A DNA stretch of 61,796 bases, filler included, from Porpidia crustulata (taxonomy: Eukaryota): assembly GCA_964255105.1 (NCBI GenBank). It is 4 parts of 4 records of this genome, joined end to end, with 100 filler letters (N's around TTAATTAATTAA, not from the genome) between each part and the next. Parts side by side here need not be neighbours in the genome. Positions count along the whole stretch, not along the records: positions 1 to 15,382 come from CAXUWE010000313.1; 3 more parts are not named here. One strand, 5' to 3'. The translations under genes and the position numbers were made by a program. The notes under the pieces are model-generated. The model ran no database searches and was not told the DNA's origin. It was given only the letters and a program-made list of their open reading frames with translations. Shown here in pieces: positions 1-12,300 of the stretch (position 1 is the first letter of the stretch; each line of letters begins with the position of its first letter).

Positions 1-62
1 GGGGTGTTTATCGCTTGCATGGCGGAATTCCTCTCGGGATCGTTGTTCCCATCTTCCCACAC

Positions 63-86
63 ATTTGAATTTGAATTTGAATTTGA
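63..86 (+). repeat. (ATTTGA)4 microsatellite
   Basis: Four perfect tandem copies of ATTTGA read directly from the sequence. Confidence 0.9.
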
Positions 87-1050
87 TCGCCTGGGAGAAA
101 GTGGATCTCATCCTACGCACTTCCCGACTTAGCCTTCTGCAACACGTAAGAAGCCGAACGTGGTCCCGCTCGTTCGCTGCCCCCGTAGATCTGCGCATGG
201 GAATATGGGAAAGGGTGGGATACAGTGGGATGATTGCATCTCGACCCAGGCAAGTCAAGGGGATGTCGTGCATGAACGATCAGGGAGTCGGCATGAGCGA
301 CTGTAGTGTGCGTGTCGCAGCACGACGACAACACGTACATACAAAGATCATTTCACGATCCAGTCAAATCACGGCCAAGGCAGTCAGCACACCATCATGT
401 CGCGAGATGCGTGAAATTGCCTGTGGAGATAAGGGATGTAACGTCCGCGTCAGATTGCTGTGGGGTTGCCTGTCGTGCCTGTCAACCCCTAGACGACCCC
501 ATCTGTGCCCCCAATCAAGGATCCCCGAAACGAGATGAAGATCAAAAGGGGCCGAGCCTACCGCCGATCCAATTTGTGTGCTTCATGCCGCAGCCGGTCC
601 GAACAATAAAAAAAAATTCCGACGATTCGATGATCAAGTGTGTATGCGATACGAGGCACCACGTAAACCACTATGCAAGAGAAACAGGTTTGCGTGACGA
701 AGACTTTTCGTCGCATTTTCTAAACTGTCATCCGCCAGGGTCATGTGAAACCAGTCGTGGCCCAATGTGAGTGCTGTTTTCGTCAAACAAAAGAGATGTT
801 GGATGTTCCAAATGAGTGTTCATGTGCCCCAGGCGCCATGTGTATCTGGTGTGGCCTGACCCGCCTTTCGCCAATCACCCACTGGAACAATATGTCCATG
901 GTTGCCACCGATCAACTCCCCCGATACCCAATCCCATAGTCTATAGTCATGTGTAAAATGCTCCAAGCCCAAATACTTTAAGACAGTGCAACCGAATAGA
1001 AATAACCAATCCTCTCATGTGTGCATGATGCATGTTTGCAGCGGTCAGCT

Positions 1051-1856
1051 TTAGTGTGCGGCAACGGCATTGGACTTTCCGAATTTCGCCATGCCCCAGC
1101 TTCGTTTCTTCGTCTGTTTGGGGGTCACAGCAGCGGTGACGGCCTGTGGGGTCATGCGTTCAGGAGGGCTATCGAGCATTGGTGCTTCGCCAACTTTGCG
1201 GGTTCGGTCCTTGTGCAAGTTCTCACAGGCAGTGAGCTGCGGTTCCTTGCGGGTTTGCATTGGCATCTCAACCAAGTCTGAAATTGTTAGTGACATATTC
1301 AATATGGCGTAGCTTGTGCTCTGGAAGCACTTACGAGACGAGGAGGATGAAGTGGAGTGTTCAGAGTGCGTTGGTGAGACGGCTGCAGGCATTGTTCGTC
1401 AGCATAACTATAAGGATCTCAACTGATGACAAGCTTACCGTGACTTGCCAACGGGCTAGATTGGTAATCTGATTTTCCGATAAAGGACTTCCTCGTCTCC
1501 AGCATGGCTGGCGTCAAGACTCCATTCATGCCGTAGTTTCCGAAGCTGTTATGCTGTGACCAGTCTGACCCGTTGTAGCTGTTATTTCGGTTTGCACCGA
1601 AGTTGCCCGACATAGCACTACTGTTGCGGGTTAACTGGATTTGACTTCGTCGCTTGTGAGACTCGCGAATGGCGGTGCGGTCCTCTTCTCTGAAGCTGAA
1701 TGGAGCCCCGGAAAGAGCGTCGGAAGCAGCATGTGTGGGAATGTGCTTGTAAGGCTGGGGCTTATCGACGTTCTCAGCCGGTGCTTTCTGAGCTTCAGCG
1801 TTCTTGTGTTCCTTGGCGGCTCTCTTCGCACCCTTGATCTTGGAGAAGATAGACAT
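1051..1856 (-). CDS. Uncharacterised fungal protein (~249 aa, basic N-terminus, Ser-rich); 2 exons 1856-1439, 1382-1051
   Basis: ORF MSIFSKIKGAKRAAKEHK...YKHIPTHAASDALSGAP joins in phase to ORF 1051..1392 via intron 1438-1383 (GTAAGC donor, GCTGAC branch site, CAG acceptor). Confidence 0.75.
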
Positions 1857-4464
1857 TATTGGGGAGAGGAAGAGATAGATTCTGTGACTGGGGGCAGAAA
1901 ACGAGCGTAGTGGTTAGAAGTTGTAAGTTGATGAGTTGAGAAGAAGTTTGCGGGTTTCGGGGTCCTCGTATTACTTGATGGCGGAACGGCTGAAGATCGT
2001 TACCCCTCTCGGTGCTCGGAGACACTCTAGCAGAAGATCCCAACGTCTTTGAAAACTTTGGTTTGCAGCGGAACCGAGCGGAAGATCGGACCTTTGAAAC
2101 CCAAAAATGGAAGACAGAATATTTCGAATCGCAATTACGACGATGATGGGTATTGATGATCGAGATAAGTGATTAGAATAGAATATGTGGTCACAATAAT
2201 AGAATAGAGCAGTCCGGGTCAAAGAAAACCCCTCTTGCTTGGCTAAGGAACCAAGGTAGGTAGGCACGTAGGATAGGATCGAAGATGATCTGGAGAGCTA
2301 GAGCGTATTGCGTAGGAGTAAGGTAGAACTGCAGAAGTCTAAAGAAATCGGCGAGAGGGGATTTGAGAGGAACTAAATAAAGTCAACCGAAAGGCAACCT
2401 TTCCGTTGCCTTATCTTTTGCGCCGGCCAGGCCATCTGGATTCCCGCACCTGTATCGTTATGGCTCAGCACTCCATCCACTTACGAAGCACAATAATTGG
2501 GGCTTTATCAGCTTACAGAGTAGAGGAAGTAGTGCCGCCAACGATAATCTGATTTAGGCGGAGGATCCGTCGCTGATTATCCTCGTTACCAAATTATGCC
2601 CTACCAAATCGGCCAAATTTCATGGGATGCGAGTCCGAAAGAACGGATATCCGCATGGGTTCGTGGGCGATTCGTTGGTCGTGGCGGTCTTAGTGGCATG
2701 ACCCAGTCCGCTTTGAGAGGATTGACACGAGGCGCCCTTGGAAGACCAACCAAACTTGGTTTCTGCCCTGGCCCACCTGCGGCAGGCGGAGACTCAATAA
2801 GGTTTGAAGAGGACGATTGTCGACTGTCTGTGGCGGTTTCGGTGGCCCGCTGCCTTGTCAGAACCTGAGACAGGCAGCAGGTAGGTATCCACCACAGCGC
2901 ATAATCCGCATGGGACTGTTGTTGGATTGTGCTTATGGCCTTTTCAAGCGAGGACCTTGGGTTTTCATTTAGGATTTATCGAAAGTCAAAAGTCAGATTG
3001 GTTCTTGCTATGGAGCCATCCTGATATCGAGCAAACTCACGACACCAGCGAGCCATCTATCATCTCATAGTCAGCAGTCGCTGCAGTCGGGGTGGGGTTC
3101 TCGGCCTTGACCTTGGCATTATGTATTCTGTCCATGATGCAGTGGACCCTTGATCTTTCAGGCGCGACCGACTAGGCACATTAGATGCTCGCTTTATGCG
3201 CACTTCAGGGTTCCCAGGTCAGCATCCAAGTGAAAATCTCGAGATCCAAAGAAAGAGCGTGCAGCAGTCCCAAAACCCGAAGAAGCGGTACTTCCGGCTA
3301 TACTTTCGTGCTCAGTGACGTGGGGCTTGACCCTAACCCCCGAACAGTAAGGCTTGGAAACCTTGTAGGTCTAAAAGTTGGCAACCCTAAGGGCCCAATA
3401 ACGTAGTTGATGAAACTTAATATTTGAGAAATTAAGGATGCCGAGACAGGCAATAGAGTAGTAGTTTATTGGCTCGATGAATTATCGAAAAAGCCAAAAC
3501 ATGAATTATTCTTGAGCGAGATCTAATGTCACCTCAAAGTCCATTTTTGCGCTGCTTACGTCTTACTTGCGTTACTGGCGTAAGTTCTGCGTAGCCGTAT
3601 CAATTATGCACCATCATCCAATCCCCTCCTTGACTGTTCCGTGCCCAGTACAGACAGATTGGCTGGCGATCTTGTGCATAGGTATCCTTTAGCTCGCGTA
3701 AACGCAATTACTTCTACTCCGTACTCGCTCCTGCAACTAATTTCACGGGTTGCGCGCTAATCCGAAGGCTCCGTAAACGTTGCTTCAATAATAACCCTTT
3801 CCGATTCTGCATGTACAAGAGTCGAGCAGCGGAGAACACGCGGCGTCTGGAGCTGGCATGGCCATATTAAGGGACCTGGAGTTCCCCCGGTGTGGACACT
3901 CATAGAAACAACGAAGTGACGAAAGAATTGTACATACTACAAGTATTCTCGAATAGGAATCTTTACTTTCATAGTAAGAGGTGAGTATACTTATATTTCG
4001 ATTCCGTAATGGCATAGGGAGGCAAGCATGATACGGCCAGTTGCAAATTTCGAAGCTCTTCGTGAACTTCGCAAAAATGGGAAGATCTAGCTAGCCAAAA
4101 GGGAAAGGGAATCTCATCGGTGATCATGTGAGAAGCGCGAGCGGCCCATGTCGAATCTCGCCAAATCAGTACTCTATGGTCGCATCCGCTTCTTGAATGG
4201 AGGCTTTGAATTGCTAAATCCGTGATAACTTAATTGGGAAAAGAAGCCATACCCGGCTCGAATTTGACATGCGGTACGCCCCGCGGGTAAATCACCTGGG
4301 CCAGAACTGGACCAGGTAGATTCGGATAGATACCAGTGATGTAGATTGCCAACTTGACGACTTCGTTTGAGCCGGTGTAAGGTCTGCCTTCCCCACACTG
4401 TAGAGAGGCTCCGATTCGACCTGTGATGGCTGACTTGCATGATATTTATCGGGACCTGAACTCT

Positions 4465-4944
4465 TTAGATTGTGTACACAACAAAAAGGTCAAGCAACAG
4501 CTTTCTAGATGAGAACTATCCCATTATATATTAGACATCTGATTGATTGAAAGTTCTTATAGACCGGAGTTCAATAGGAGAATATTGTCGCCAAGATACT
4601 TACAACAAGGTGTGATCTGTTGACAGATTGCTCTGCTGCAATCTGCTCACAATCCTTCCGGATAACAATGGAGTCTCTGAAGCGCAGCACTTTGTTTGTG
4701 TACAGGTAGTTTCTATCAAAGTACCTGACAACCTGATTATGCTTATCGGGGCATCGGGGTTTGGGTTTGTTGATCTACGGCTTACTGTGAAGATGAAACG
4801 GCCAAAAAACGTCATCTTAGTCACCATGGCTCGCTTCTCGTGCTTGCCCGGATCGCCACCTTTTGGCGAGCTGGTCAGATTAATCGCGGCTGTGTTTGAT
4901 CGACTATGTTTCAAGTCCAGAGTTTGCTCAACAGCGTCCGCCAT
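4465..4944 (-). CDS. Putative small spliced ORF (112 aa) divergent from PSY2; exons 4944-4786, 4732-4604, 4515-4465
   Basis: Two consensus donors (GTAAGC at 4785, GTAAGT at 4603) with CAG/TAG acceptors give one continuous phase-0 frame; no recognisable homology. Confidence 0.35.
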
Positions 4945-5400
4945 AGGTAGATTTCATGGTTAATCGCATCGGGTCTTTTTCGATTCCTGGCATCACGAAC
5001 GCTGGTCTCGGTATCCAAGCGGAAGGTTCAGCGGCCGCCCGTCCCTGAAGGCATCAACACCCCTGAGCCTGCAAGCGTAGCGCGCGCAGTACACCACTCC
5101 GAAGCGTCGTCGAGGTACCGCCTCTCTTAGATCAACTCATCACCTCAGATTCTCTGCGACCCTGATCCTCTACTCGACAGTCATCGATACTGTACTGCGC
5201 TTCTCCTCCCACAGCTGTTCTCCGAACAGGTTGCCGTTATCATCGCCTGCTTTTAGCCGAAGACTTCGTGCGCCCAACTTCGATCCGGCCATCACCGTCG
5301 CAACATATTGTCGCTTCCGCAAAGTCGCCCAGCAGAGCTTTAGGTGCGCACTCAGAGATTGAGTAATACAGCTGGCGTGTTGGGGGGGTCGCAACCTGTT

Positions 5401-8400
5401 ATGGCCTTGGCAGCGCCACCGCCAAACGATAAGAAACGAGTGAAGGTCTACGAACTCAGGAACAATGACTGGTTTGATCGTGGAACGGGGTTTTGCACGG
5501 GACGCGTTATTGATGTACGAGAACATACCACGCCGAAAGCGATTTGAAGGCACTTTCTGGGCGACCAGCGGTAGTGTGCGCTTCACTTGAACATTATTGA
5601 CAGTGCCTGCAGGACGAGTCGGAGGTCTACGTTGAATCAGAAGATCAGCCAGAACGTATGCTTCTGGAGACCAAGATCTCAAAAGACGATGGTTATCAGA
5701 AGCAACAAGGTAGCTTTCGGAAATGCTCACCGTGAGGGCACTAGCTCACCTGGTACAGATACGCTCATCGTGTGGACCGAGTCAAATGGTACAGATATGG
5801 CTCTAAGCTTTCAAGAGGCCGAGGGCTGCGCGGCAATATGGTTTGTTTTAGCCCTCATTCTGTCAAGCTGCTTGTGTAAGTTCAAGCTGACTAACCGCTA
5901 TACAGGGGTTTCGTTAGCCAGGTACAACAGCATCTAATGGCTATAGGAGGCCCAGGTAACCCATCATCACCTGCGTTACGACCATTGTGCTATATGAACC
6001 TACATCCGTAGCATGCTAATTTGGTTTATGTGTTATAGATGATGCGCTATCCGACGATGCCATGAACAACTTTGCCAGCCCTCTCATATTACCCCAACCC
6101 GAGCTTTCAAATCTGGAGGAAATACTGCGAATGATGCGGACAGTATCCTCAACGCCGCAAGGCCGAGACTCTTTATCGAAATTTGTCATAGCTGAAGACT
6201 ATATTCGAAAGCTGATACCGTTAGTGAGCATGGCAGAGGACCTTGAATCTTTGGATGATCTGCACCATTTGTGCAATATTATGAAGATGCTTATTCTCCT
6301 CAACGATACCCAGATCATTGAGCATGTAGTAAGTGATGGTGTGGTTCTTGGAGTGGTTGGCGCGCTAGAATGTAAGTAGAATCTATGATCAATGTGTGGG
6401 TGATGGATTGACTGACACTTACGTCTAGATGATCCGGATTTTCCCACCCACAAAACAAACCATCGCCGATATCTCCGAGATCGTTCTCGATATAAAGAAG
6501 TAGTACCAATTGCAGACCCTGCGATCAAAAAGAAGATCCACGCAACTTGGCGACTGCAATATCTCAAGGATGTCGTTCTCGCGCGAATTCTTGACGACCC
6601 TACCTTCTCAGTGCTCAACTCACTCATTTTCTTCAATCAAGTTGATATTGTATCTCATTTACAAACGAATACTGCGTTTCTCGAAGAGCTCTTCGGTATC
6701 ATCAACTCCCCTGAAGCAGACTCGGCCCGTAGGAAGGATGCAATCTCCTTCATCCAGACATGTTGTGCCACTGGCAAGAACCTGCAGGCGCCTGCGAGGC
6801 AAACCCTCTACACCAATTTCATCCAAAATGGCCTCTTGCGTGTCATAACTTTTGCGCTTTCGAACAACGACGCATCCATACGCGTTGCGGGAACCGACAT
6901 CCTTGTAGCTATGATAGATCATGATCCAAGCATGGTGAGGGCCTACATATTTAAGGCCATTGGCGAGAACAAGATTCCCTTAACCGATACCCTGATTGAG
7001 CTTCTGCTAGTCGAGGTTGACCTCGGCGTCAAGGCACAAGCCGCGGATGCAATCAAAGTCCTGCTCGAGCCCCAGGGAATTCCGCCACCGCAAGACGCCA
7101 TCGGCAGGGCAAACGGCGACATTTTGTCCAAATTACGCGGCTCTGCGCCAGCTAATCCGCAAACAGAATCTTTCATCCAGAACTTCTACGATATCTCCGC
7201 AAATAAGCTCTTTCAACCACTAAAAGCCCTTGAGGAGAGACAATCATGTATGTTGGGATGCAAGGACCAGTGCTGTGGCTATAGTGGATCACCAAAATGC
7301 TGACCGCCTACTTAGTACAAGATCTTACCTATCAGGAGGTTTCGCTCTTTCATCATTTGATTGAGATCTTGATGTTTCTTATTCGCTTTCATCAATTCCG
7401 AAGTAAATATTCTGTCTTTGCAGAAGGACTTGCATCGCACATAGCGCAGCTGCTTTCCTGTCCACAAAAGCATCTGAAATTAAGTAGGCCTGCCTTAGAC
7501 TGTTTTGACCATGCCCAATGCTGACACATCTGCAAGCGGCGTTAAAGTTCTTTCGATCGTGCTTAGGTATAGGGAAGGAAGATGAAAATTACCTCCGACA
7601 AGTGACTCAAAGTCACTTGCTTCAACCCATCCTTAATGTCGTATACGAGACAATGCCGCGAGATAATCTTCTCAATTCAGTTTGTTTGGAATTCTTCGAG
7701 TACATTAAGCGAGAGAATGTTAAGCCTATCATCATTTTCCTTGTGGAGAACTATAGAGAGAAGCTCCAGGAAATCACCTACGTCGATACGTTTCAGAATC
7801 TCATACTTCGATACGATCAAATGCAGGCTTTCAACCCAGATATGGATACTACACTATTTGGACCTGAAGGCGGTAACACGCCCAATCATGTCAAGACCAA
7901 CAGCAACCAAAGATGGCAAGGTGTTAGAGACCTAGACGCGGCTGAAGAGGCGTACTTCAACACTTCTGACGATGAAGATGAGATATCTACCAAGACAAAT
8001 ACGCAGATCACCGCGCCCTCGATCAACGGAACGTCAGCCCTGCTCAAGTCTCTCGTTGACTACCCAGACGATGACGATGACATCATGGACGCGAAACCTC
8101 AGGCACTAAAAGTGACACCTCTCAGCTCCGAGAATGAACAAGCAACCAAAGACAGCAAAAATTCGGACTCTCCTGAACCTAAAGCCCAGGCCCTTCAGAC
8201 ACCGCCGCCTGAAAGGCTTTCTGAGAAGCGCAGGAGAGAAGAAGAAGATGATGAGGAAGATGAACTTGGCAAATTATCGCATACGAAGCGGCGCAGCTCT
8301 TCGTTCTCATCGATTAACAGTACAAACAGCAACACCGTCACTCCGAACAATATCCTTCGGCGAAAAAAGGGTTTCGCACCCAACAACAAAGACTCATTTG

Positions 8401-8480
8401 CTGGGGGCAAGAAGATAGAGATTTCTCTGGCGGTGAAAAGCCCTGGGGAGACCGAACATAAACGGGATGAAGGGGGTTAA
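5401..8480 (+). CDS. PSY2: Protein phosphatase 4 regulatory subunit 3 (Psy2/PP4R3/SMK-1); 8 exons
   Basis: N-terminal EVH1-like segment KRVKVYELRNNDWFDRGTGFC...DTLIVW...ALSFQEAEGC; SMK-1 region (LEYDPDF, QYLKDVVLARILDD, RDNLLNS). Introns 5515-5612, 5710-5758, 5841-5905, 5956-6038, 6372-6428, 7248-7315, 7484-7536 keep frame. Confidence 0.95.
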
Positions 8481-9375
8481 GGGTAGTGGCTTTCCTGGGT
8501 TGACCAAATAGGCGTTCCGGGTACAATCCGTCGGTGTTGACGGAAAGCATTCAACGCCAGCGAAGGTAAATGAGCACTTGTACCATAGTATTACTACTTA
8601 GCAGCATAGCAACAGCAGATAGGCTGAGTGGCGCAGAGCTTTAATGATGCTCTGGCGCCGCGTTGTAAAATCGTCTTGTCCCTTTTAAGAAGGAACCTGT
8701 ATTTTCCAGTCGAACATCGCAAGGTAGAACGGCGGGTGACGCTTCGAGTGACAGGATGTTTGCCTCTTGAATGAGATGTACTGCAGTCCTGCCCAGAGTC
8801 TTGCATTGTCGTGATGTCTTGTAGCCCTGTGTGGGTAGGGCTGATACTAAACTTGAAGTTCTGCATACGGAATGCCTTCCTAAGCTCGGCTCTAGCTGGC
8901 AACGAGTAGGCCTGATCGACCACGCCAAGCGCTGCTACAGAGCTTGATACTTTACTCCGTCATTCGAAGGTCGCATGGACGGGGTACTTGTCGAACGCAT
9001 CTCAATCATCCCGGAAGGCACTTTTCGGACGATGCGCCTTTGATGCTCCTTGTCGTATCAGCCACATCGTTGCACGACCCCAGCTCGGCTACACCCCACC
9101 TCGAGCATGACAGGAGCGTCTGCAGGAAAGGAAAATCAGCGACTGGCTGAATCCTGAGATAATAACCTTCATCAAGGTCTTCGACGAACGCCTACACAAG
9201 ACGGGGTGGAGAATATAGCGGCGGAAGGATTGCTAACTGATAGATTGGGGCCGTCAAGGCTTCGTCGCTACATCAATCATCCATTGCTTGAGTCGTAACG
9301 TTGTCTAGCTGAACTGTCACTGCATACTTGACGGGATCAATTGCATGTCTTCATAGAACTGCTAGGCATCTGAAG

Positions 9376-12300
9376 ATGGCTTACTACCAGAGCGCCCGCC
9401 GCCAGCAGGGCCAGCAAGACAGCCTCCAACAGTCCTCTCCATTACCAACTGAACAAGGAGCTTTCGATCCTTCGCAATCTAATCAGGTTCGGTATGTGCG
9501 AAGGCCACCAAGCTTCGACCATGGAGATGATACTCGCTATCCGGAGGGAACGAACGGGGTGGCGGAAGATCGCGCGTATGGAAGAGGCGGTCATGGAAGG
9601 CATAGCAGCGCCTCTATACAGAATGAAGAGCTGTTCATGGGAATCTCGAATTCGCCAATCCTAAACCGTTCGCCTTCTTACGTTCCCGGTGGCGGCGGAT
9701 ATCAGCATCAGAGTATTCCCGCCGTCCACTCGAGCACCCAACCTTCGTACAATCCACAGCAGTATGGGATACAGCAGCCACATTACAGCCCACAGCAGCC
9801 CACTAGTGGAATCAATAGCAGCCCCAGCGCCGCCTACCAGCCTTACATACCAGCTGCATATCAATCATCAGCAGCGCACCATCAGGCCAATTACATGGGC
9901 CAGTCTTACGGACAACCGCCCCAAGGCTACCCGATCCCTTCGGCATATCATTCTCAAGTCCAAACATCTCCACCACCTCAGAGATCCTACGAACATCGTC
10001 ACAGCAGCCAAGTATCACCTCAAGTAGGCTCAGCCCCTCAGATACAACCCATCAATTCCCGGCACGAGTACCCATATCGACTTCCTCCGCTCCCGCCTTT
10101 ACCTAATCCAACGCCCCTTCCCCCAGGGACTGGGTATACTCCGCCAGCCCCGCCACCACCGCCATTCTCTCCTTCTCGTGACGCATTTCCCTCTAACGCG
10201 CCTTCAGGACCATCACCACAGCTCTATTCCCCTCGTGATCCTAGTTCTCAACCCACCCACCTCCCTGGAGTGAACCGAACGTCATCACAGAATGTACTTC
10301 CACCATTACCACCTCGGATACCGTCGAACGGTCATTTGAACTCACCAACTCTTCGCTTGGATGATTCCTTGCCACCAACTCCAGGGACACCCGGGCCCAC
10401 ACCACCACAGCATTCACCACAGCGAACAAATACAACCGGGCGGCACCCTCAAGCAAGGCCCCTCCCTGGCCGTCCTCCCGAGCATCCCATGTCTTCGGAT
10501 TATTTTGGGGATTCTAACGGATACGAAGTCAACGATGCTGGTGCGCAAGAGCCTCGATACGAAGATTTGATGAAGGAAGTCGAGGCGGCTGTTATGGGAA
10601 GGCCTCCTACTTTAAGTTCACGACGAAGCCCATTGGGAGATATCAGCGCCCAGGTAGAGCTTTACGAGGAGCATCAGACCCAAAGACCACGCCCACGAGA
10701 GCATGTGGCTCCTGACACAAGTCACACACATATCAATGGACACGCAGATACGCCAGAAGTCAATGCGTATGTGGAATACGATGATAGTGACACGAGTGAC
10801 GCTGAAGCAGAAGCTGGCCTGGCTGCTATGCACGCAGCGGACGAGCAAGACGCAGCAGAAGAAGCCAGAAGACTCAGTGGTGGGGATTCGCAACGCGGAC
10901 TACATCATTCTCGGCAGAGCTCTAGACTTGGGATACCATCTGCAGAGCTGAGCGATAGTAGCGATGTTCCGGTTGACATGGAATCATATGGGGGTGGCTT
11001 CTCAGGACATGTTCACTATGGTGATCAGAATCTGTCCAATCCCAGTAGTCAAGCAAATCTGAGTGAACTTGACGATTCGCGGCGATTTTTACCGACGCCC
11101 AGCTCTTCGCAACGTTCTCAAAGGTCGAGTGACGACCAAGGAGCATATAGAGGATTGTATGATTACTCGATACCTGAACAAGATGACATACATCCATTCC
11201 CACCCACACTTGGCGCCCGTGTCGATACCGGTGGAACTGGAGGCCTCTCTGAGCCAAGTCCCCATCCACGCAGATTAAGCTTTGAGGATGGCGATGAAGC
11301 GGCGCTTGCAGAATTCGAAGGCGGTCAGAGTTCCGGTGAAGGAGTGCCCGATATGTTCTTCCACCCAGGAGTAGGCGTGAATCGGCCGCTTCCACTTGCC
11401 CCTTCAAGTAGGAATCGTATTTCCCAGCTGATGCCAGCTGGTACATACCAACATCCTGGGAGACCTCAGCCGCATGACCCATATGTTCGCCCTACATACC
11501 CTCCAGCCCCAGATGCCTACGATCAGTTACTCAGTCCCACGGGGAACCCTGTACCGAGATCATCCTCATTAGTCAGCCATGGTAGTGGTCCGCAAACAGT
11601 ACCGCCAATACGTTCGAAAACAGATGCGGACCGGGCAAGGATACTCAAGCAGCAGCAGCAGAATAATCGGTCAACTTCAATTTACGGTTCAGACGCTACT
11701 CCTGACTCGGCTCGTTCCCACAGCGCAGAACTTCTTGGTCTTCCTGAAATTCCAATCGGGAAACGGAAAAAGTTTAATCCAGCCAAACTATCATCAAATG
11801 ATTTTAAAAAGTGTGCCGAACCGTGGGCATTGAGTTCAATTGTGGCTTGGATCAAAGAAATGAGTGAAGGCGAGGCTGACCTTAAAGAGCATGCAATTAT
11901 TGACGGAATCGTAGCGCTCTTCACCCACAAAGTTCCAACTATGAACATAGCCGATGCCGAGACACTGGGCGCTCGAGTGGTCAAAGCTATGTTCGACTCC
12001 GGTACTTTACAGAAAGAGGAAGAGTGGGTTAAATTCGGGACTGAATCGATGTCTGGTGTGCTTTTCCAGCTCACGGGCACCGGCTGCTACTCTGTCCGAG
12101 TGCATAGCTTTACTTTGCCGGGAAGATGTTATGCGCATCATTGCATGAGGACGCTGAAAAAGATCAATCTACAGACTCAGATTCTGGAGCCTCAACGCAA
12201 GATCGAGGATTGGGCAACTTTCTACAAAGTCTCGAAAGCGGACATCGAAAACGTGAATAAGAAAGAAGTTGAGCGACAGAATATTCTCCACGAAATCGTC

